Shown: piece by piece, positions 24,169 through 37,099 of the stretch | Layout of the letters: each line of letters starts with the position of its first letter | How positions within the stretch are numbered: the first letter of the stretch is position 1 | DNA from: Marsupella aquatica | Taxonomy: Eukaryota; Plantae; Marchantiophyta | Direction: 5' to 3' | Length of the DNA stretch: 64,000 nt | Assembly: GCA_973895155.1 (NCBI GenBank) | Contig: OZ316893.1 | Coordinates: 22,093,717-22,157,716, forward strand | Made by a program: the position numbers and the translations under genes | The notes under the pieces: generated by a model | What the model was told of the DNA's origin: nothing | The model's input: the letters and a program-made list of their open reading frames with translations, nothing else | Database searches by the model: none

Positions 24169-24511
24169 TGTTGAGCATAGACGACATTCGCAACGGCAAG
24201 CCCATGAACCATCCAACGCACAATAGTCGACACACAGAGATACGTGGTTCACCTCCATATGAGGCTACGTCCACGGGAACACACAAGAACTTTACTGCAC
24301 TCTAGGCCGACCGGCCATACCAAACATCCACAACACAAGCTCTCCCTATCTCTCAACTAGCTCCGTAACAATGAGCCTAAGTTCCACCAGGGTCTAGCAT
24401 CAGCCCTGGCTATATGCACAATAATACTACCGCTAACATTAGCTAAGTCCTAACCCGAGTTGCCTAACTGTAGTTAGCTCATGAGTCACAAGACTATAGC
24501 AATATCTAACA
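24169..24511. mobile_element. Solo LTR (343 bp) of a second retrotransposon family
   Basis: TGTTGA...CTAACA ends with flanks CTGGC/TTGGC (5-bp TSD, one mismatch). It interrupts the repeat homologous to 13670-14008 exactly at that point, and is homologous to the LTRs at 62217-62901. Confidence 0.85.
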
Positions 24512-27500
24512 TTGGCTAAAGGGGCCTGTGATTAGGTGGGACATTGGCTAATGACAAAGAAAAATACTAGCAAATTTTTGGCAAAAATTGACAAAAGCTC
24601 TTTGGGGAGGTGGAATTTAGCAAATTTTCACCCCTAAAAAAAACACTGCTTCGATCCACACTACTAGTTCAACTAGTACTGTAGTGCCAAGGCCTGTTGC
24701 GAAGGACTTTTGCAAAAGAGTGTTTATATGTCACTTGAGAAAATAAATCATGGTCAGAAAGGCTATTATCCTGTTTCACTATTTAGAATATTCTTAAATT
24801 TTACATGGGAAAATTCTTTCCAAGATTTCACAATAACCCATTAATATAGTGTTAGTCCAATTTGAACTTTTAATGTTACTTCATTATTTGCACAAACCAA
24901 GATAGCACCACATTAGGATTAAGTCTCGTATGCAGAGCGTGAAAACAACCGTTTATATAGTTTTGGAATTTTGTTAGACTTTTCGGCTTCCATTAGCCAC
25001 TGTCGCACCTACCCACACACCCCTTTAGTCAAATCTGACAACCATCCTTAAATCGATCTTTGGAGATCTAGGGTCCACTACCCATCTAGCAAAGCAGCAA
25101 AAGGAATACTCTAAATCTAGCAAAGCAGAAACACGGATACTCTTAATACCTTCTCTTCAACACACGAGCACTGACAGGTATCTGTCGAATAATAACGGGA
25201 CTCAAATTCACACATCGATGGCGACCAAATTTATTGACGTTTCCACGCATCAAAATTGTACTGGATGGCATGTAATTATTGTCTCGCAGCACTGCATACC
25301 AAGGAACCAACTCACCAACAGCCAAGAACCAGTCAAATTTCATCAGCATCGGTCTTCAGTGTATCCCGTTCTTTCTTTGACCAGAGGAGTCAAAGATGCG
25401 TCAAATGTACAGTACTCGCGTTGCAGAGTACTAGAAACATTCTACAATTAATGCTGGAATCATTCGTGATCTAATTTTACTAGATTCATTTCTGACCATC
25501 AGATCTCTCTAGTTGATTTGAGGATGATCGTTAAAATTAGGCTAGGCTAACTTGGTCTGTGGCTACATGGGAATCCCTCAATCTACCAAAATTCCTATTG
25601 GTTGCTAGATTCATTTCTGACCATTAGATCTGATTGTTAGATTTTGGCAATCGGGGTCTGTGGCTAGATGCTTCTGCAGGTGTGAAAGTTTTCAGCTCAA
25701 CACCTTGATTTCTAGAAATTGATTTGAGGGTTTATTCTGAGCAGACATCTTGGACCTATATCTGCTTAGAAATAGAGGATTTAAATTTGTTTCATTCCTT
25801 GCTGTCGTTTTCATTGACCAAATTAGATAAATAGGTGAGTAATTGTCTTGATTTAACCGTGAATTTAAGTTTCCTTTGAAATTTACAGAACTTATTGTTC
25901 AAGTGTACCAACTGCACATGTGGACGGTTACTTGGGGCAGTCACTCTACAAAAACAAACCTCACTAAATGCAGCTATGGGATACCAAGGAGAGATCTTAA
26001 TAAGTTAGGGATTCCTCATATGCATTTTACCACAAAAATTGCTCCAGATAACTACAGTATCTTTTCTTAATTCTTTCAGCAGCCATAGAAAAATGTAAAT
26101 AGACATCTGGTATTTAATATTGCTAGCCTGATTACCTGTTCCTTGAAGAAAAATAGAGGTTAGTACAAAAGTACCTTGCAAAATAAAAGATTATAGGCTG
26201 TTTCACTTTTTTGTACCCTCCTCTTCAGTGACAACTTTTAAGTACATTACCACTAGTAAAAATGTTTGAATTTACAATATTATCATTATTTATTATTATA
26301 TTTACAAATATATCATAATTGTTGTATATCGTTCCCTTGGTTAAGTTTATGAACTTGTGATCCATATACAAAACAGTGTCATACTTGTAAATAAAAAAAT
26401 TTGATAGTATTATCAATCTCCAATATCTTTAGTGACAAAGTACCTAAAAGTTGGTTATTGATATGCCCTTTGAGTTTGAGTCACCTTAGTATGCCTTTAA
26501 AGTAGCTTCCCATTGCCAATTATTAAAAATATATTGTGTAAAGTACACAATGAGCCCACTCGATTTGGTTTGGATGCCCTTTGGTTGCCAGGAAGTGAGA
26601 GTGCATAGCTTTGGCTAACCATGTTAGTCATCTTTACGGTGTGTGTGATCTATTTGCTCTTTGTTCACTCGATCTTTTCCACTTGTTAAAATTTATGTCT
26701 CATTAAGAGAGTCAGGTGTCTCATGTGTATCTTTGATACCACTCTCCATGGAAGATACACACTCTACCCAATGTGGAGGAGTGAGGTACAAAATGTATCC
26801 CTAAAAAATATACACCTGCCCTGAAAGTACAAGAAAAGTCACCCATATAACCTTATGAGATGTCTGGTCTCCCCTTGTTCCCAGGTTGACAGAGGGTCGC
26901 CCTGTATCTCATAGACTTAACTGGATAACCCTAATCCTATACATTAGGCCTATTGCAACGTTGAGCACTGTTGCCATGTCAAGTTGGGTTGTGGAGTTTC
27001 TGAAATTTCCAATTTGGTTCAGAACTCTCAATCCCTTGTTTGTCTCGTTTTTGCACTACACAGATTATGCACAACTAATTTTCTTTTGAAGCAAACAGAC
27101 GGGTCGTTCCTTCAAATGAAGAATGCTGCTGAAAAGTCACTGCTAGATTGAGTGAACTCGTAAACGTCGATTCTGCAGTATCCCTTTGAGAATCTAGATT
27201 ATTCTACCTCTGCGAGCTCCAAAGACTATACTGAAACAGTCTCTTCCAATTTGTGTGATCTCGTTGATTCAAACTTGATTCTGTCCCGCTTGCAGTGCAT
27301 GCCTCCCATTTCCTTCTTCATTGCCGTTTAGGAAATGTTCGTGTCTCCAGATTAAATCGAAAATTGCTATGGCCCAGTGAAGAGGATTCAGGCGGCTCTC
27401 AAGATCTTTCTTGCAGCTCTTCTCACTCTCGACGGGCTATGACCAGAGAAACAGCTCATCGCACAGCCAACTCTCTTCTGTTGTCTTTATTTCCAAATCA

Positions 27501-28423
27501 CTCGTATGCACCCACGTAATGCTCTCGGTGAAGGTGGAGGAGTTCTGGTATCTCATTCCGACCCACAGATTGGTGGTAAAACTGGAGGGCGATAAATTGC
27601 AGGTCAAAAGCTTTCTGTTCTGGGCATTCTATTCCAGCCTGATGACACGGCAGTGAAGCTCTGCTTTTGAGTTGTTAATTTTGACACATCATCTCAATGC
27701 TCAGAATGCTCATCCTGCGTCGACCCTTCAAGATTGAGCTTTCAAGCCTCTCTCCGTAAAGGCCTGCTTCTGCCCAATGGATTAGGAGCTACAGTCCTCG
27801 ATCCATTGCAGCGGACTCGAACGATGAGCAAACTCGAAGTGGTGAGAGGCGTTAAAATTTCCGTCATTCTGTTTGATTTGATGGAGTTGGGGCCAATTGT
27901 GTTTGGCGAATTTCATAATTTGGGAAACAGAACTGATAGGCGAACACAAATTTACTTCAGTTGCCTGAATTTCATCACCTTAAAAATCTTGGAATTTACA
28001 GAATATTAGAATTAGGTTCGCCTCTATCCCCGCAAACAACGACCATAGTGGTATAGGTATATAACTCCTAGCTCGGGTCTTCACAAGACAAGGGATCCGC
28101 ACTATATTCATTCTCCGGTGTAACCTTGAACAAGCTCTAGTGAAAACAACTCTTGATTCAACGTGGGTCCTATTCGGACCAGAAAGCACTAGACTAAGTG
28201 CATTTTGGGCACCACCTCTCACCTCCCTCACCCGCGCACTGACTGCATCATATATGTTCCAAGAAAGCTTGGGGACAATCCAGGACTCGAGAGACAATCA
28301 ATCCACGGACAGAAACCAGAAAGTTGATGAGCAGCTGGAACGACAACAGAGATACCACACGTTCACTCAAGGAAGAAATATTACAAATTAACACCTGTAC
28401 AGTTTGCGGACCAAAGAGCGTCT

Positions 28424-29731
28424 TTAGAAATGAATCCTGTCCGTGTGGCCTGAATCAGCATTACGAGGTTCTTGGTCCCAGAATCTGTGCAAGACCTTTA
28501 AGAGCTGCAATGCTTTGCGTTTAGCCCTGGGTGTGCAGTGGCTCTGCAAAAGAAGCAGTAGACGGATCTGTGCGCCTGCATGTACAACCCGTTCTTGAAC
28601 CTGGTGGGTATCAGCAGTGCATATTGCGCAAAGGACACCGGTGGCGTACTCAGTGGCACGGTCAGAGATCTTCAAAATGGTGTTCACTAAAACTGGAACG
28701 ACGAGCTCGTGGTCGGTCATAGCAGCACGCCCTTCGGGTGTGGTACCCAGAAGCTCAAGAATGGCCAGGGATTTCTCTGAATTTGTCCCTGATGCACCTG
28801 GAAGGATCTTCATGATCGCAGCAACCGAACCAGCCCTCACAGCTCCACACCGATTCTCCACCAGAAGGCAGAGCGCTAGTAATGTCCTCAGGGCCAGCTT
28901 GGTTGCGTTTGGCTGTTCACTCTTCAGGCTGAGCCTCACAATACCGTCTAGAAAGCTTTGCCGATCAGCGATAGCTTTCTCGAGTTCGTCGTTTGAAGAA
29001 ATCTTCTGAATCAGGACGGCAGCATTCACTCTGGCATCCAAGCTTCCCCTGTTGAGTATCCAGTCCACAACAAGCAACATTTCCGGCCCTGCGGACCACT
29101 TCAAGATCGCTTCATTGTGCACGAGACGAACGATGGAAGCGAATGCCTGCTCATACGGTTCTGTATGCTTAAAGCACTCATTGGAAGAATTTGATGTCAG
29201 CAATGAGATGAGAGCAGACGCCACCTCCTCCTCGAGTGCTTCTCTGAGTTTCCCACTTTCCCTGTCTCCGACAAGTGTGAGCAGTGTCTCAAGACCACTC
29301 CTAGTACACTGGCCCTTTCGAATTTTGGCGAGCAAATTCTCAATGCATTGCTCATCAGACAGCTCCTGAGGGGGCAACCTTCTCGACAGATCAAACGGAG
29401 GCGAGTTTGCTTGGAGGCGACGCGGACTGTTTTCTCCACTAGTATTAGAACTGACGAGGTTCAATGATGAGTAGGAGCTCGGAGTGTTGGCTCCGCTGTA
29501 AGCTACCTGAGAGGACTCGCAACTCTCGTCTGTCGACTCCTCCGTGCCCTCTTGTAGAAGCAAGATATTGGAAGGGAAGAATTCGTGACCGCTGTTCGTT
29601 ACTTCGACAGGAGCTGTGCGAGCACTACTGCTCAAGAGGAGAGGACTGCAGACCCCCAAAATCCCCTCCAAAAATCCACAAGAAAATGTCGGCGCCTTTG
29701 ACAAACGTCCATGCTTCCCACTACTACGCAT
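28424..29731 (-). CDS. Intronless ARM-repeat protein related to plant PUB (CMPG1/PUB25-26-like) E3 ligases, lacking a recognisable U-box
   Basis: 435-aa ORF. The C-terminal ARM region has GSLDARVNAA, NRCGAVRAGSV, EKSLAILELLGTTPEGRAAM, VPVLV..ILKISDRATEYA..L and LLLLLQSHCTPRAKRKALQLLKVL. The N-terminus is an FSCGF motif plus S/E-rich low-complexity sequence, with no CPISLE.M.DPV U-box. Confidence 0.88.
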   Translation of the reverse strand: MRSSGKHGRLSKAPTFSCGFLEGILGVCSPLLLSSSARTAPVEVTNSGHEFFPSNILLLQEGTEESTDESCESSQVAYSGANTPSSYSSLNLVSSNTSGENSPRRLQANSPPFDLSRRLPPQELSDEQCIENLLAKIRKGQCTRSGLETLLTLVGDRESGKLREALEEEVASALISLLTSNSSNECFKHTEPYEQAFASIVRLVHNEAILKWSAGPEMLLVVDWILNRGSLDARVNAAVLIQKISSNDELEKAIADRQSFLDGIVRLSLKSEQPNATKLALRTLLALCLLVENRCGAVRAGSVAAIMKILPGASGTNSEKSLAILELLGTTPEGRAAMTDHELVVPVLVNTILKISDRATEYATGVLCAICTADTHQVQERVVHAGAQIRLLLLLQSHCTPRAKRKALQLLKVLHRFWDQEPRNADSGHTDRIHF

Positions 29732-32700
29732 GCCGACAGTAGACGTTCACATCTCCCCTGGAATCTCAAATTCTCTCGCTTAGCTGCAGCTGCTGTAGAG
29801 GTGCCTGGGCGAGGTCTACAAGTGAGAGAGTGAGTAAATTAATGTCGGACGTCCAGAACTTCCAGATTCAATCCACACAATGCCCTCTGCAAAGGCTGCA
29901 AGAGGCAACTCGATTCAAGCGAGCACGGTGGATACGACGTTATCACACAAGCGAGAGAACTACAGACTGGAATTGCTCATCAGAAAAGGAGCAAGACATT
30001 GACCGGCGTCGTCAGCCCCGGGTCAGCCAAAGAGCAATGTTCTATCTACTCTAGATTCATGGCATTGTTGACCAGTAAATTGCTCTAACCATTACAATGC
30101 AATGTAATGCCAGCGGCGATCAAACTCCTCAATCAGCAGAACTCGGACAGTACAGCGAGGTCCAGAGAAACATTCGGGTCCTCCTCTTCCACCTCCAATC
30201 CACGAACAAATTGGGTCCTGGATGAAATGCAATAGACCACAGAGCCACAGAATCAGAACTCCAGCTCTCCTTCTAGAATAGATGGAGTCGTCTCCTTCCT
30301 TTCCTTTGACATTGTGGTCAAAGGCTCGGCTCCACACTCATTCTCCAGGATCCCTGACGATCCGCCTGCCATAATGCCAACATTTGCCAGAGCTCATGGA
30401 CCAGACAGCAGAGCTCGCGCATTGATCACGTGAAAACGCAGCTCGTGAGAGTGTGAGACTGTCCCCTCGACCTGATCGATGCACTGCGCACTGCTGTTCC
30501 ACACGATACCATGAATCCAGAACAAATTGGCTCGCCATTATTCTGAGATGTACTGTATTGACACTCTTTTCTTGAAAATACACACTTTGCTATTTTATTT
30601 TATTTCAGTTTTCATAATATGTTGTCATCTTGTAATGTTATTTTTTATAAATGCTCACTTTTCCATCCTTTTTAGTTTAACTAGACTATGTGTTCATCTT
30701 GTCACTCTTTCTTGTGAAATACACACTTTGTCATCCTTTTTACTTTAATTAGTATGGTGTCCATTTTTGTCCCTGTGTAGTTTAACTAGCCTTAGAGCCC
30801 CTTCTTTGAGCGAAAATACAGGTAGCCAGTGGTTTGAGAGCCTCACCAGTTGCGCCATTTAGAGAGACTCACACAGTTTCCAATTCTTATTTTCCACTTG
30901 CACCCCTAACGTTAGTCACACCCCAGATTAGGAGTCTAGAAATTTCATTTTAGACAAGTCAGAGGCCTTGTAGAGTAACTTTCTATCCCAATTACATAGT
31001 TTGATTATTGGATTGCCATCTTTTCAATAGTCGGTTAAACAAAGTAATACTAGTAGCTTGAGACAATCCCACAGTCAACATCTGGCTAGGTTTCAACATG
31101 ATTGCATGGTAGTCAGTGTCCTCTACTACCCTTACCGCAGCCCAGGGTCCTCACTTCTTTCTTCCAACCCATCATGCGCAAATAAACATAGGGTTTTTGA
31201 TTGGGTTTAGTGAAAGACTTTTAAATTTTGTTGAAGAAAATTAGGGTTATTTTAATCCAATTTTGAGAATTATAAGAATCATAGAGCTTTTTAAATTGAT
31301 AACTTAATGGAATATTCTCAAGTTTAACCAAACTTAAGGTTTAGGATCTTTATTCCCCCAAAACTTCACGCTTGATATGGGACATTGCTTGGATTGAGGC
31401 CCTTGAGACCACAACACCCCTTCCAACCCTTCACATCTGGTTGGGTCTCTTTCTCTGCTCTTTGATTTAACCCGGTCTGCCCCCTCCTGGTTGACTTTAC
31501 ATCCCTCTCCCCCACCCCCACTAGGTGGAGATAATATTGAGGTTTAGTTGCACGCACTGATGGCCATAGTCAGTTGATAAAAAGACTGAGAGGATGTTGA
31601 TTATTGGATCAATCAAAGGACCATGGGAAATTACACCAAAAATTTGTTGCAGATACAAGATTTGGCAAAAAGAGTGTCAATGTACTAAATCTCACTCAGT
31701 TATCAATCCCTCCCTCCAAAGATCTAACAGACTACACGCTGCTTTCATCCACGGGGCTGGCGCTGACCGTAGATGCTTTGGATACAATATGCTTTGGATA
31801 CAATATCATGACAACCTACAGAATCAATCAGGAGGAAATTGATGGAAATCATGGATTGGAATTGTGCCAGAGCCTTCTAAATGGTGTCATTTCTGCACAC
31901 CACTGCACAATGCATAGTGTTGGCTTGGCATTGGCAAAGCCTTTGGCTCTTGCAGAAGCAAGAAGACAAGAAGGAATCATGGGGTGCTTGGGAATTAGGA
32001 TGCCACGTACCAGTACCACTTTGTCTTTCCAGCCTACTATTTATTCTCGACATTGTATATTATCATCACCTCCAAATTCTGACACCCTCCCAGAATTTGT
32101 AGACCATGCCACTCTTTGAAATTGCCTAGCTTATAAGGTTTAACAATCATTCTTTTTTGTGCTATGGTCACCTTGTGACTGAAGCCGGGATGCACCACCA
32201 TGTTGGACATAGTGCTCCCGTGCACTACATTTTGGTGGTCCATGGGAGTTTGGGGGCCATAATTACGAAACCTAAAATAATATCTAGTTCTGCACTTGCA
32301 AGGCAAGTAGAAAAGGGGAAGATATGATAAGGCATATATTAAGCCCAAATATCTCATATTCACACAATGAAAGTTAATCTAACTGAATCTACCCCAAGGG
32401 CCAAAAATTCACTTTTGATGGAAGGTTAGTTTATCTACTCATCTAGCATATACCCAAAACTAAAAATATCTGAATTTATGAATAATTATCATGTTATTAT
32501 AATTAAACTCAAATTTTGGGAAATGTGGTCCATGGAGGTTTCAAAGACCAACTATGTGGTCCATAGGGGCTTCAGATTTGTGTGAACAGGAAGATGACTG
32601 TTAAGAATATTTTTTATCTAGTTTTACTAAATTAATTCTGGATGGTTAGTTCTCTCTAGATTAAGGATGAGAGTTAGATTCTGGGTAATTGGGTCTGTAA

Positions 32701-34531
32701 TTATGTGAGATACAAGTTAACGAAAGGGAAAAATACTGGTGAATTTGAGATGAAAGTGGCAAAGATTTCCTAGAGACGTGGAATGTAACAACCTTGTGCC
32801 GCCAAGAAAATATTGGCTTGAGGTGACATCCTCTTCTATATCTCATAGACTATAAGCCATAAGCCATAATTTCTTTTTCAGCAACAAATTTTGATATTTA
32901 GACTATGGTTGTGCGTTAGGATGGGCATGGAGTCTGGGTTTATGTGCCTAAGCATGGGTATCCTGGGTTGGTAAGACAAATTTCTAGACCACAGAAAAAA
33001 CAATCATATGGTTGACGGGGTATTTGGTGGGGATATGGAATGGGGCCAAAACCTTACTTTCCGTTTAGGTGATAAAATGAATTCCTAATGTCCCAATTGG
33101 AGAAACCCAATCGATAGCCAGGTATGGTTGAACTTAAAATATCGGTAAGTTATTGGGTGAGGGTATGGGTCTGGAATGCAAGAGGAGTTTGTAGCTCCTC
33201 ACCGAGTCCATGATTGATTTGCTAGGTGTGATGATTCCTACCGCAGAACCACGCCATGTTAGTACAGTACTTCTTATCGGGATGGTCCCTACGTGCTCTC
33301 ATGGGAAATGCGGACCTACCATTACATGGCGGATGTTCGTACGTGGCCACAGTAGGGTACTTCTGTCAATTAATGTCAAAAGGCCATCTCCCAATTTTCG
33401 AAATTTTTATCGACGCCGAGTCAGACGTCCACCCCATAATTATACAATAGCCCCCTACAGTCCTCCAGTGTAACGTCGCACAGCCATTTCACTCAATTTC
33501 GCGGACAGAATCACAGAACTGGAAATGAATTCTAACTACGCAGAGCATCAGCATTCACGAGTTTCCAGAAACGACATGCCGACACCCGGATATGTTTGGT
33601 GGATTTGCAATCAGGAAGATACCGTAATGAAGATCTTGTTTTGGTAGAGAGACAGAGAGAAGCACTGATGACCTGTACTGATTACCTTTAGAAAACGTAC
33701 TGTAGAGTACATTCAAAGTGGCGGCTATCCGAACTCCGGTGCAAGACCCTTGGAACATTCCAAAGCACTTCACAACTCAAATGACGATGAAAGACTTTGG
33801 AGCGATGGCGGAAGGTCTAGGCACTTTCTTTACGCAAAATGATTTCCTGACTACCTAGGAGTTTAATTTGAAAGAATGCGCCTCATCCTCCTGCAAGAAT
33901 TTTGAATCCATCACTACTTTTTGTAGTTTTTCACGGGGTGCCCGCACACTGGCTTCTTCCATCAGGCATCCATATTCTCAAACTCTTTATGTACAGCATT
34001 CCTAACCGTTCTTTAGTTTTTTTAGTTTCGCTATTGGTCTAGACTGATGAAGTAATTAGTTGACCACTATAGATGCTTTGAATTGAAGGCTTGACTCCGA
34101 AGTCCCTACCAACATGGTCGTACTTCTGTGAACCAATCCCGGGAGGTGCTCACTGCTTGTCTATAGAATGGGCTTCGTACAAGTCTGTACAGTCAAAATG
34201 TGTGATCCGAAATGTGTGATCCGGGGTTGAGATTGCTCTGCACGACAGCAGAAATCTTACAAAACCGTGCTTGTACGCACGATGCAGTTACATGTTCTTT
34301 CATACGAGGCCTTGCGGTACTCCGTTCAATGTTCGTTGGCAGGTTGGTTACCGTCCTCGAGACGAACACAGGCACAGGCATCCTGTTCGTTTGAAACTTC
34401 CGGTATTCGGGACGCGCATATTCCTCATGTCCTTTCGATTCTCTCTGCCCTGGGTTTTAGTACTGTAGATAGCAATTACTCACTCTGTTGCAATTAATTG
34501 GTTTAGAGAAGATTACAGATTCTTCTAGTCG

Positions 34532-34609
34532 TAGAGAGAATTCAATCCAAGGTCGCAATAGTTTACTGGTCTTAGAGAGAATTCAATCCACGGTCGCAAT
34601 AGTTTACTG
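34532..34609. repeat. 41-bp-period tandem duplication
   Basis: TAGAGAGAATTCAATCCA(A/C)GGTCGCAATAGTTTACTG at 34532 and 34573. Confidence 0.85.
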
Positions 34610-34762
34610 TAGGTTGCCAGAGGTGAATTTACCCATCTACAGAAGTTATTGACAGCCAACCTTCGTGTCCTTGCCCTCGAAGCTCTTTTCTTCTACCATA
34701 AGGGAGGTGGAGTGGGGTAATGAGGTCTTCTCATCTCCATCAAGTAGGGGCTGTGAAGGGTA

Positions 34763-34956
34763 TGTGAACTGTCCCAGACCCTCAAAATGATTTAGATCGG
34801 TTCAAGGGTGTGTGGAGTCTGTCCCAGACCCTCAAAATGATTCAGATGGGTTCAATAGGTGTGTGAAGTCTGTCCCAAACCCTGACAATGATTTAGATCG
34901 GTTCAAGGGTGTGTGAAGACTGTCCCTGACCCTGACAATGATTTATATGGTTTCAA
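34763..34956. repeat. ~50-bp minisatellite, 4 units
   Basis: TGTGAAGTCTGTCCCAGACCCT(C/G)A(A/C)AATGATTTAGATCGGTTCAAGGGTG repeated head-to-tail with substitutions. Confidence 0.9.
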
Positions 34957-35551
34957 ATCAGCACTGGTTTGTGCTATATCACAAGCCAAACAGTTCGCGC
35001 GAAAATTCATTATGAATGTGTCTGAATTGGTCGATGGAAATTAATGCACATTTTATCCGCATCATATGATAACGATGAATAGTCCTCAGGAAGGTGGTCC
35101 GGACTTGAATGAGGCCCTGTACCTGTCGTCATCAGTCAGTTAAGCAAACTTTTCATTGTTACTCCATGCAATCCTTGACCACAACAGGAATCTCGAAGTG
35201 CTGGCTATGTACAGTAGTTGGAGCTCAAATGTTCTTCAGAATGATGTCCTGAGGGCAACGAGGATGACAGGAGAGAGTGGTTTGTTTCATGTACCGGATA
35301 GTAAGGTGTTCCGAGGACGACAGGCATGGCAAAGGCTGGCTCTGTATGTACAGCAACAGGACGACTTCAGATGTCCACCACGGGGGTAAGGTGTTCTCGG
35401 CACGGCAAGGGCTGCAAGGCAGGGTGTAGCAATGGACGTACAATGGGGGGATAGCTTCACCGCCGACTACCGCACAACTATCTTTCTAAAGTAGAGAGGA
35501 AAACAATTGCATACAGTGTGATTTGATCAACCGCTCCAGCGTGATTTCCTG

Positions 35552-36100
35552 AACCAGAATGGTTTCCATTCCGAGGTGTACGTCCTGTGAGCAGAGGAGT
35601 CACAGAGGCATCATCGACCCGGGTTGGAAGGCCACACCATCGGCGGAATCCTCATCACCTCGTCTGCCATTTCCAGTAAAGTCGCTTGACAAGCTGATTC
35701 GAACGTGATGTGAGCGGAGGCCAGGAATTGTTTCTAATGGGTTAAGATCAGACGATGAGTCTTACATTGCTGTTGTTGCATCTTCCTGCAATGTGAATCA
35801 TCCATCGAACCGGAATGGTTTCCATTTCGACGAGTATGTCATGTGAGCAGAGAAATCGGAATTGCATTCGCCTGTGAAGGGACAGCACAGCAACGGTGGA
35901 ATCTGCTGCACCTTGTCAGCAAATTCTACGAAAGTCGCTTTACATGCTGCTTCAACTCTAAGGCTTTTAGAGCACGCTGTTTTGTTCGGGCATCAAGTGA
36001 GCGGAGACCAGTGGTTCTTTCTAATGTCTCGTGATCAGAGAACGAGTCTTCAAGTGCTGCATTCCTCTCGCAGGAACAATGATCCATCCATGGCCGGGGG
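35552..36100 (-). pseudogene. Two diverged tandem copies of an unidentified decayed coding segment
   Basis: Minus-strand translations align: VEAACKATFVEFADKVQQIPPLLC...SAHMTYSSKWKPFRF versus FESACQATLLEMADEVMRIPPMVW...SAHRTYTSEWKPFWF. There are several third-position changes, plus stops and frameshifts. Confidence 0.4.
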
Positions 36101-36423
36101 AGGACCAGAAGTTCCGATTCCAACGAGATAAATTATGGACGTCAAGTGAGGACATGGAATTGGCCTTGGGGAAGAGAGATCAATCTCCGACATTGCACTA
36201 CTACTGCAGCGGTGTGCCTTTTTTCGTTTCCTCTATCGATAATATGTGAACGCCGATTTGATGATGTCTTATGTCAGTTCTCTTGAATGAGAAATTGTAA
36301 GAAGCAACACAATGTTGCAAGCATTTCCTTCGAGAAATTCTATGTCTCCTGAGGGTCTGCTGAGAGCAAATGTGCAAGCGTTGTAAAGGATTAATACAAC
36401 ATCTGACCCTTGAACAAACACTT

Positions 36424-36496
36424 GGGGATGTAGCTCAGATGGTAGAGCGCTCGCTTAGCATGCGAGAGGTACGGGGATCGATACCCCGCATCTCCA
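36424..36496 (+). tRNA. trnA-AGC: tRNA-Ala (anticodon AGC)
   Basis: GGGGATGTAGCTCAGATGGTAGAGCGCTCGCTTAGCATGCGAGAGGTACGGGGATCGATACCCCGCATCTCCA (73 nt). The cloverleaf closes, the anticodon arm is CTCGC-TTAGCAT-GCGAG, and the G3:U70 Ala identity pair is present. Confidence 0.97.
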
Positions 36497-36513
36497 CAGC
36501 AGCTAGCATTAAA

Positions 36514-36518
36514 TTTTT
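36514..36518 (+). terminator. Pol III oligo-T terminator of tRNA-Ala
   Basis: TTTTT 17 nt downstream of the tRNA 3' end. Confidence 0.6.
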
Positions 36519-37099
36519 CTTCGCACACCAGAGATTGGTGTGTTTGCAACCAAAATATTCTACCTTAATAGTCCTTTGCACAACGACGATTGGTGTGCTT
36601 TCCACCAAAATATTTCCCCAAGCTCAATACAATATATAGGCTTCACTTTCACATACTTATTTACTTCTTATTTTTTTGGAGGTGACGGTGCACCACCATG
36701 TTTTTAGAGTTTATTTCAGTCGCACCAGAGTCTTAATATTGTTGAAAACTAGTCCAAACCCTGTTCCAAACCTACCTCACCGAACCGTCCTCTGCTGTTA
36801 GCACTATGGTAGCAGGAAGGAGAGTGTCTACAGTCACTAACTTGCACGTTTCAAGAGCCCATGATTTTTCTACTATCACTGAACGAAAAGCCTTCTCTCT
36901 CTGGTAATAAAGAAGAATCTTTGGGTCCACAATATTTTGTGGAATTGGGTCACTACTTTTCCTCAAAGTTCAATAAGATGCAAGGCCTGAACAGGACAAG
37001 CTTCACCAGAAAACAAACTATCATATATGTTAAAGGCCAGACTACTTTCAACCACACAACGTGACCGCAACTATTTGAGAGTTATTTCTGATACGCTAG

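Noticed and set aside
31604-32119. 171-aa ORF
   Set aside because: Non-ATG start, no recognisable motif, contains a small tandem duplication and lies in repeat-rich DNA.
34763-34956. Regularly spaced ~50-bp repeats resembling a CRISPR array
   Set aside because: The units are contiguous with no unique spacers, there are no cas genes, and the context is eukaryotic. It is an ordinary minisatellite.
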